From positions 1 through 24,018 of the forward strand of contig CAYYWT010000008.1 of NCBI GenBank assembly GCA_964475435.1: a DNA stretch of 24,018 nt, written 5' to 3'. Of this stretch, positions 18,886-24,018 are shown piece by piece. The notes under the pieces are model-generated. The model was not told where the DNA came from and did no database searches. It was given only the letters and a program-made list of their open reading frames with translations. Positions within the stretch are counted from its first letter, which is position 1, and every line of letters starts with the position of its first letter. The position numbers and the translations under genes were made by a program. This DNA comes from an uncultured Eubacteriales bacterium. Lineage in GTDB: Bacteria; Bacillota; Clostridia; TANB77; RGIG9151.

Positions 18886-19968
18886 ATGAATGACTATGTT
18901 AGCATAATTATGATTTTTTCAATTGCTTTTATAACGGCTTTCTTTATGACGCCGTTTATAAAAACTTTGGCTATTAAATTAAATGCGATAGATGTGCCAA
19001 CTGATAGTAGGCGTGTTCATAAGAAACCTATTCCGCGTCTTGGAGGATTGGCTATTTTAATTGGTTTTATAATGGGATTAATAGGATATGTTGTGATAGT
19101 TGGATTTAACGATCCTGTTATTTTTAATAATCAGATTTTAGGATTAATGCTTGGAATAATTGTTATTCAAATTGCAGGAATATGGGATGATATAAAGCCG
19201 ATAAGTGCTTGGCAAAAGCTTGCGTTTCAAATTGTTGCAGCGGGAATTGTTGTTGGATTTGGCGTTAGAGTTGCGTTTTTGACTAATCCTTTTGTTGAGG
19301 ATGGAATTTTTGAGTTGGGTATTTGGTCTATTCCTTTAACTATGGTATGGATAGTAGGAATTACGAATGCTATAAACTTTATAGACGGATTAGATGGACT
19401 AGCTGCCGGAGTTGCGACTATTTCTTCAATATCGTTATTGTTTATCGCTGTTTATTTAAATCAACCTCAAACTATTGTTTTAACTACGGCTTTAGCTGGG
19501 GCGACTATGGGATTTTTACCGTTTAATTTTAATCCTGCTAAAATTTTTATGGGTGAGACCGGTTCGGCGTTTTTAGGTTTTACGTTAGGTACTATTTCTA
19601 TAATGGGGTTGGTAAAGAGCTATACAGCTATTGCGATTGTCGTTCCTCTTATAGTTTTGGGATTGCCTATATTTGACACCGCGTTTGCTATTGTTAGAAG
19701 ATTAATTCACGGGAAATCTCCTATGCAGGCGGATCGTGGCCATTTACATCATAGACTTGTTGATTCCGGACTTTCCCAAAAGCAGTCAGTTATAATTCTG
19801 TATATAATTAGTGCTTTTTTAGGACTTGCGGGAATAGTTTTGATTGAAACGGGAATTTGGAAATTTACGTTACTTATAATTGCAATTGTTATATTTATCA
19901 TAGCCGGTAGTAGATATATGGCGGATATGAATGAGGAAGAAGGAGAAAGTAAGAATGAAAAAGATTAA
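18886..19968 (+). CDS. tagO: UDP-GlcNAc:undecaprenyl-phosphate GlcNAc-1-phosphate transferase (glycosyltransferase family 4, TagO/WecA/MraY-like)
   Basis: 360-aa polytopic membrane protein with motifs NAINFIDGLDGLAAG, WDDIKP and FMGETGS. AAGGAG RBS. Assignment to TagO rather than another GT4 member is by context (adjacent 2-epimerase). Confidence 0.75.
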   Translation: MNDYVSIIMIFSIAFITAFFMTPFIKTLAIKLNAIDVPTDSRRVHKKPIPRLGGLAILIGFIMGLIGYVVIVGFNDPVIFNNQILGLMLGIIVIQIAGIWDDIKPISAWQKLAFQIVAAGIVVGFGVRVAFLTNPFVEDGIFELGIWSIPLTMVWIVGITNAINFIDGLDGLAAGVATISSISLLFIAVYLNQPQTIVLTTALAGATMGFLPFNFNPAKIFMGETGSAFLGFTLGTISIMGLVKSYTAIAIVVPLIVLGLPIFDTAFAIVRRLIHGKSPMQADRGHLHHRLVDSGLSQKQSVIILYIISAFLGLAGIVLIETGIWKFTLLIIAIVIFIIAGSRYMADMNEEEGESKNEKD

Positions 19969-21097
19969 AGTTATGACGATTTTCGGAACAAGACCGGAGG
20001 CTATTAAGATGGCTCCACTTGTAAATGAATTAAAACAAGATAAAGATATTGAAGATATTGTTTGTGTTACTGCTCAACATAGACAAATGCTTGATCAAGT
20101 GTTAAATATATTTGATATTACGCCTGATTATGATTTAAATGTTATGAAGAATAGACAGACTTTACCTGAAATTACGTCGTCTGTTTTACAAGGTATTGTT
20201 GAAGTTATAGATAAGGCTAAGCCTGATATGATTTTAGTACACGGAGATACGACTACTACATTTGCCGGAGCTTTAGCTGGTTTTTATTCTAAAGTTAAAA
20301 TCGGTCACGTTGAAGCGGGACTTAGAACTTACGATAAGTATTCGCCGTTCCCGGAAGAAATGAATAGAAAATTGGTTGGAAGTATGGCTGATTTGCATTT
20401 TTGTCCGACTGAAAATAATAAAAATAATTTGCTTAAGGAAAGTGTTGGAGAGGACGGTATATATATTACCGGAAATACTGTTATAGATGCTCTAAAGACT
20501 ACCGTAAGTGATGAATATGAATTTGAAACTCCTGAACTTTGTGAAATTGACTTTAATAAAAAGGTTATTTTACTTACTGCTCATAGGAGAGAGAATTTAG
20601 GCGAACCTATGGAAAATATATTTAGAGCTATAAAACGTATTGCTACTGAGTATAAAGATGTTGAAATCGTTTATCCTGTTCATTTAAATCCGTTAGTTAG
20701 AGAACCGGCAAATAGGATTTTGGGCGATATAGATAATATTCATTTAATTGAACCTTTGGCTGTCCAAGAATTACATAATTTGATGGATAGATCATATTTG
20801 GTTATGACAGATTCCGGTGGACTTCAAGAGGAAGCGCCTGCTCTTGGTAAGCCTGTACTTGTTTTACGTCAAGAAACTGAGCGTCCGGAGGCCGTTAATG
20901 CCGGAACTGTAAAAATGGCGGGAACTGATGAGGAAGAAGTTTATAGATTAGCTAAGATGCTTTTAGATAATAAAGATGAGTATGAAAAAATGAATAAAGC
21001 GGCTAATCCTTATGGTGATGGGAAAGCATCATCGAGAATTGTTCAAGCTATTAAATTTTATTTTGGAGCGACTAATGAGCCTCCTATGGAATTTTAG
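19955..21097 (+). CDS. mnaA: UDP-N-acetylglucosamine 2-epimerase (non-hydrolysing)
   Basis: The start is set at ATG 19955 (MKKIKVMTIFGTRPEAIKMAPL), after AAGGAGA. It overlaps the tagO 3' end by 14 nt. Family blocks FGTRPE, HGDTTTT, HVEAGLRT and DSGGLQEEAP. Confidence 0.9.
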   Translation: MKKIKVMTIFGTRPEAIKMAPLVNELKQDKDIEDIVCVTAQHRQMLDQVLNIFDITPDYDLNVMKNRQTLPEITSSVLQGIVEVIDKAKPDMILVHGDTTTTFAGALAGFYSKVKIGHVEAGLRTYDKYSPFPEEMNRKLVGSMADLHFCPTENNKNNLLKESVGEDGIYITGNTVIDALKTTVSDEYEFETPELCEIDFNKKVILLTAHRRENLGEPMENIFRAIKRIATEYKDVEIVYPVHLNPLVREPANRILGDIDNIHLIEPLAVQELHNLMDRSYLVMTDSGGLQEEAPALGKPVLVLRQETERPEAVNAGTVKMAGTDEEEVYRLAKMLLDNKDEYEKMNKAANPYGDGKASSRIVQAIKFYFGATNEPPMEF

Positions 21098-21171
21098 TTT
21101 TTATTAAAGCAAAATATGACATATTTTAAGTTTGTACGAGAGTATACTCTAATTAAGGGGGTGTACTCTCT

Positions 21172-22053
21172 TTGACTATATATGCTGATCAAATGTTTGT
21201 TGAAAATTTTATTATGAATTATATAATTTTGTATATGACAGCGAAATTTTGCGGTATAGATTTTCGGTGGTACAAACTTTCGATAGGTTCAAGTATTGGT
21301 GCTTTATATGTAATTTTTAGTTATGTTTTTTTATTTTATAATGAACCGTTTATCGTCGTTAAAATTTTACTTTCTATTGCAATTGTGTATTTTAGTTTTT
21401 TCCCTAAAAGGCTAAAAACTTTTATTAGGATTTTACTGTATTTTTATTCGATTACATTTTTTATTGGGGGAGTAAGTTTTGGATTAGCTTACTTTTTTAA
21501 TGTTGTAACTGTGAGGGAAGGCGGGATTTTATATGTTGAAGAATTTCCGGTAATTTTAGTTGCTATTGGTAGTTGTTTTACGTATATTTTAGGAAAATAC
21601 ATTGTTGCTTTTATAAAATGTAGAAAAAAATCGGATGAATTTATTTATAAATTGGAATTGGAAATTTGTGAAAAACAAATTGAATTTGATGTTTTGTACG
21701 ATTCTGGACATAGCGTAAAAGAACCTTTTACGAATTATCCGGTTATTATTGTTGAAAAAGATGCTATAAAGGAGATTGTTTCAAAAGAAACTTATGAGAA
21801 GATAAAAAAAGGTAATGAGGGAATAAATGAAAATATTAAAAATCGAGTAAGAATAATACCTATTTCGACTGTAAGTAGCGATAGAGAGGTATTGATTGGA
21901 TTAAAAACCGATAAATGCTATATATATTTCGAAAATAAAAAAATGGCAGTAGAAAATGCGATTATAGCCATATGTGACAAAAAACTTTCAAAAGATGGAA
22001 AATTTGTTGGCTTAATAGGAGACTGTATTGACAAATTGAAAATAATGGAATAA
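21172..22053 (+). CDS. spoIIGA: SpoIIGA-family membrane aspartic protease (sigma-E processing peptidase homologue)
   Basis: 293 aa, with a TTG start 10 nt after AAGGGGG. The N-terminal half has about 5 TM helices and begins IYADQMFVENFIMNYIILY (compare Bacillus IYLDVIWLLNF). The C-terminal domain carries the catalytic DSG motif (VLYDSGHSVKEPFTNYPVIIV) and RIIPISTV...LSKDGKFVGLIG. These line up with my memory of B. subtilis SpoIIGA (LIDSGNQLYDPLTKTPVMII, RLIPYRGV...LSADGEFDAIIH). Confidence 0.75.
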   Translation: MTIYADQMFVENFIMNYIILYMTAKFCGIDFRWYKLSIGSSIGALYVIFSYVFLFYNEPFIVVKILLSIAIVYFSFFPKRLKTFIRILLYFYSITFFIGGVSFGLAYFFNVVTVREGGILYVEEFPVILVAIGSCFTYILGKYIVAFIKCRKKSDEFIYKLELEICEKQIEFDVLYDSGHSVKEPFTNYPVIIVEKDAIKEIVSKETYEKIKKGNEGINENIKNRVRIIPISTVSSDREVLIGLKTDKCYIYFENKKMAVENAIIAICDKKLSKDGKFVGLIGDCIDKLKIME

Positions 22054-22100
22054 AATACAGATGATGTTATATAACACGGAGAAAAAATATCTTTAAGACC

Positions 22101-22129
22101 TTGCATTTTTTGTAAACCTGTGATATTAT
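22101..22129 (+). promoter_or_regulatory. sigma-A type promoter of rpsF-ssb-rpsR (TTGCAT-17 nt-TATTAT with TGn extended -10)
   Basis: TTGCAT at 22101-22106, a 17-nt spacer ending TGA, and TATTAT at 22124-22129. This leaves a 5' leader of about 60 nt. Confidence 0.6.
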
Positions 22130-22195
22130 AGTTAAGCAGTTTTCCTTACTCTACTATCACGGTAGGGTCTTAAAGTCCAAGAGGGGGTGAAATGA

Positions 22196-22486
22196 ATGCT
22201 AAACAAATATGAATCTATTTATATTATTAATCCTAATGTTGAACAAGAGGGGATTAAGAGTTTAGTTGAAAAGTTCAATGCTTTAATCGAATCTGAAGGT
22301 GGTAAGGTTGTAGAAACTAATGAATGGGGAATGAAGAAACTTGCTTACCCTATTAAGAAGTTTACACAAGGTTACTATGTTTTAGTAAATTTCGAAGCTA
22401 AGGCTGAATTTATTGATGAACTTGAGAGAATTTACAAGATTACTGATAGCGTACTTAAGTTTATTACTATTAGAAAAGAAGACTAG
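22196..22486 (+). CDS. rpsF: 30S ribosomal protein S6
   Basis: 96 aa. MLNKYESIYIINPNVEQEG...WGMKKLAYPIKK...GYYVL is a canonical S6 sequence. GAGGGGGTG RBS. Confidence 0.95.
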   Translation: MLNKYESIYIINPNVEQEGIKSLVEKFNALIESEGGKVVETNEWGMKKLAYPIKKFTQGYYVLVNFEAKAEFIDELERIYKITDSVLKFITIRKED

Positions 22487-22515
22487 TTTATATATTTGAT
22501 GAGGAGGAAGGTTGA

Positions 22516-22947
22516 ATGAACAAGGTTATTTTAATGGGAAGACTGACAAGAGATCCTGAAGTTAGATATACTACCAATAATAATACATTGGTTTGTTCTT
22601 TTTCATTAGCGGTTAATAGAAGATTTAAGCAAGAAGGACAACCTGATGCTGACTTTATAAATATTGTTGCATGGGCTAAAACCGGAGAATTTTGTAGCAA
22701 ATATTTTACAAAGGGTCAACAGGTTGCTGTTTGCGGGCATATTCAAACTAGAAATTATGATGATAAAGATGGTAAAAAGGTATATGTAACTGAAGTTATT
22801 GCTGAAGATGCTTATTTTGCTGATAGTAAGAGAGATCCGAATGCTAGTAACTTTGAAACAGGATTTAATCCATCAGCTCAACCGAGTAATGCTCCGTCAT
22901 CTGAAGGATTTATGGCGATAGAAGAGGATTCTAATTTGCCTTTCTAA
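22516..22947 (+). CDS. ssb: single-stranded DNA-binding protein
   Basis: 143 aa. [19 protein letters not shown]... OB-fold, a Gly/Pro/Ser-rich linker and the acidic tail EEDSNLPF. Confidence 0.95.
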   Translation: MNKVILMGRLTRDPEVRYTTNNNTLVCSFSLAVNRRFKQEGQPDADFINIVAWAKTGEFCSKYFTKGQQVAVCGHIQTRNYDDKDGKKVYVTEVIAEDAYFADSKRDPNASNFETGFNPSAQPSNAPSSEGFMAIEEDSNLPF

Positions 22948-22972
22948 GATGAAAGAATGGAGGGAAATGAAA

Positions 22973-23245
22973 ATGGCAGGTAATTATAAAAGAAATAATA
23001 GAAATGCGTCTGATGATGATAATGTAAGAATCAGAAAGCCTAAGAGAAAAGTTTGCGCATATTGTGCTGACAAGAACTTAGTTATCGACTACAAACAAGT
23101 TGATAAATTAAAGAAATATGTTTCTGAAAAAGGAAAGATACTTCCTAGACGTGTTACAGGTCTTTGTGCTAAACATCAAAGAGATTTGACTATAGCTGTA
23201 AAGAGAGCTAGACACATTGCTTTGTTACCATTTACAATGGAATAA
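22973..23245 (+). CDS. rpsR: 30S ribosomal protein S18
   Basis: The start is chosen at ATG 22973 (MAGNYKR...), 8 nt after GGAGGG. S18 blocks [50 protein letters not shown]. The earlier in-frame ATGs (22949, 22967) lack suitable RBS spacing. Confidence 0.9.
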   Translation: MAGNYKRNNRNASDDDNVRIRKPKRKVCAYCADKNLVIDYKQVDKLKKYVSEKGKILPRRVTGLCAKHQRDLTIAVKRARHIALLPFTME

Positions 23246-23255
23246 GATTGAAGAA

Positions 23256-23290
23256 AAAATCGCTTTTGCCGTATGGCAAAGGCGATTTTT
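23256..23290 (+). terminator. Rho-independent terminator of the rpsF-ssb-rpsR operon
   Basis: Stem AAAATCGCTTTTGCC / GGCAAAGGCGATTTT, GTAT tetraloop, trailing T-run. Confidence 0.85.
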
Positions 23291-23381
23291 AAAATTAACT
23301 AGATTTTATGCGTAAAAATTAATTTAAAACTAAAAATAAATGATATAAACGAAAAAAATCTGTGGAGGTAATTCGAAGGAT

Positions 23382-23771
23382 ATGAAAGCGTTAACAATAA
23401 AACAACCTTGGGCAACTTTAATAATGCAAGGAGATAAAAGATTTGAATTTAGGAGTTGGCAAACAAAGTATAGAGGAGAATTGCTAATACATGCCGGAAA
23501 AAACGTTGATAAAGAAGCTTTGAAGAGGCTTGCTAAATATCTTCCAAAGGAATTACCATACGGAAAAATCTTGGGAAAAGTGAATTTGGTAGATTGTGTG
23601 AAGGTTTCTCCTGAGTTTAAAGAGGAATTATTAAAGGAAAATAAAGATATTTATACAGAAAGTTCTTTCCAAGAAAAGTTTGGTTGGCAAATTACTGATG
23701 CTGAAGCTTTTGAGGAAGCAATAGAGGCGAAAGGACATTTGAGTTTGTGGGAGTATGATATACTGAGTTGA
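23382..23771 (+). CDS. ASCH (PUA-like) domain protein
   Basis: 129 aa. The N-terminal ALTIKQPWATLIMQGDKRFEFRSW...GELLIHAG is the typical ASCH beta-barrel signature. RBS geometry is imperfect: GGAGG is 13 nt upstream. Confidence 0.7.
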   Translation: MKALTIKQPWATLIMQGDKRFEFRSWQTKYRGELLIHAGKNVDKEALKRLAKYLPKELPYGKILGKVNLVDCVKVSPEFKEELLKENKDIYTESSFQEKFGWQITDAEAFEEAIEAKGHLSLWEYDILS

Positions 23772-23821
23772 AAAATTTAAATGGTACGACTCGCCCTTTA
23801 AACGAATATGTTATAATTATC

Positions 23822-23850
23822 GTCCATGAAAAAATTCGTTTTTCATGGAC
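23822..23850 (+). terminator. strong hairpin downstream of the ASCH gene (terminator-like, no U-tract)
   Basis: Perfect 12-bp stem GTCCATGAAAAA / TTTTTCATGGAC with loop ATTCG. It is followed by TAGTGTT rather than a T-run, so terminator function is uncertain. Confidence 0.5.
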
Positions 23851-23922
23851 TAGTGTTAAGTTAAGTTTGATTTTTGACGATAAAGGTTTCGAGTAGTTTT
23901 AAATTGGAAGGAGGGTTACCCT

Positions 23923-24018
23923 ATGTTTTTACCAAAAGTTGAAGTTCGCAAAATGGCTAAATCAAGCGATTTGTATGTTTTTGAAATGGTAAATAATGTA
24001 AATGGGAGGGGGGGGTAA
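23923..24018 (+). CDS. 31-aa ORF of unknown function (possible leader/upstream ORF, or the 5' part of a frameshifted or phase-variable gene)
   Basis: ATG 23923 lies 7 nt after GGAAGGAGGG, which is ideal geometry. It encodes MFLPKVEVRKMAKSSDLYVFEMVNNVNGRGG and stops at TAA (24016-24018), which is also the last codon of the window and sits directly after a G8 run. It is below the ORF-track size cutoff. Confidence 0.4.
   Translation: MFLPKVEVRKMAKSSDLYVFEMVNNVNGRGG
24008..24015 (+). repeat. G8 homopolymer tract
   Basis: GGGAGGGGGGGG at 24004-24015, with eight consecutive G at 24008-24015. I saw no other G run of comparable length while reading this AT-rich window. Confidence 0.9.

Noticed and set aside
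21131-21142. Spo0A box candidate (TGTACGA) upstream of spoIIGA.
   Set aside because: It does not fit the TGNCGAA consensus because of an extra base, and there is no second box.

Overview
AT-rich (about one-third G+C by eye) chromosomal backbone of a low-GC Gram-positive bacterium. It looks Clostridia- or Tissierellia-like, but that placement is inference only. Almost the whole window is densely packed housekeeping genes: pgsA, a ClpE-type AAA+ unfoldase, a lone tRNA-Thr(GGU), an S66 LD-carboxypeptidase, a YnbB-type PLP enzyme and a WalRK-like two-component system. These are followed by prfB (which needs a programmed +1 frameshift the ORF track hides), queH, holA, hemW, CIRCE-controlled groES-groEL, rpiB, tagO-mnaA, a SpoIIGA homologue, rpsF-ssb-rpsR and an ASCH-domain gene. 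Accessory genes are interspersed: a membrane-anchored BspA-type LRR protein, an SLH-domain protein, a secreted protein with a copper-amine-oxidase-N-like domain, and a 63-aa two-TM protein. I see no CRISPR array, transposase, integrase, prophage genes or recognisable multi-gene defence or biosynthetic cluster, and I cannot honestly nominate a new multi-gene system here. The best leads are four. (1) A 31-aa ORF with an ideal RBS stops immediately after a G8 homopolymer at the very end of the window; this could be a phase-variable switch, an upstream leader ORF, or an assembly artefact. (2) The spoIIGA homologue is uncoupled from sigE/sigG and preceded by a palindromic element. (3) 10-bp inverted repeats bracket the clpE and rpsF promoters. 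(4) The rpsF 5' leader can fold into alternative structures. All functional calls rest on motifs recognised by eye, since no database search was possible.
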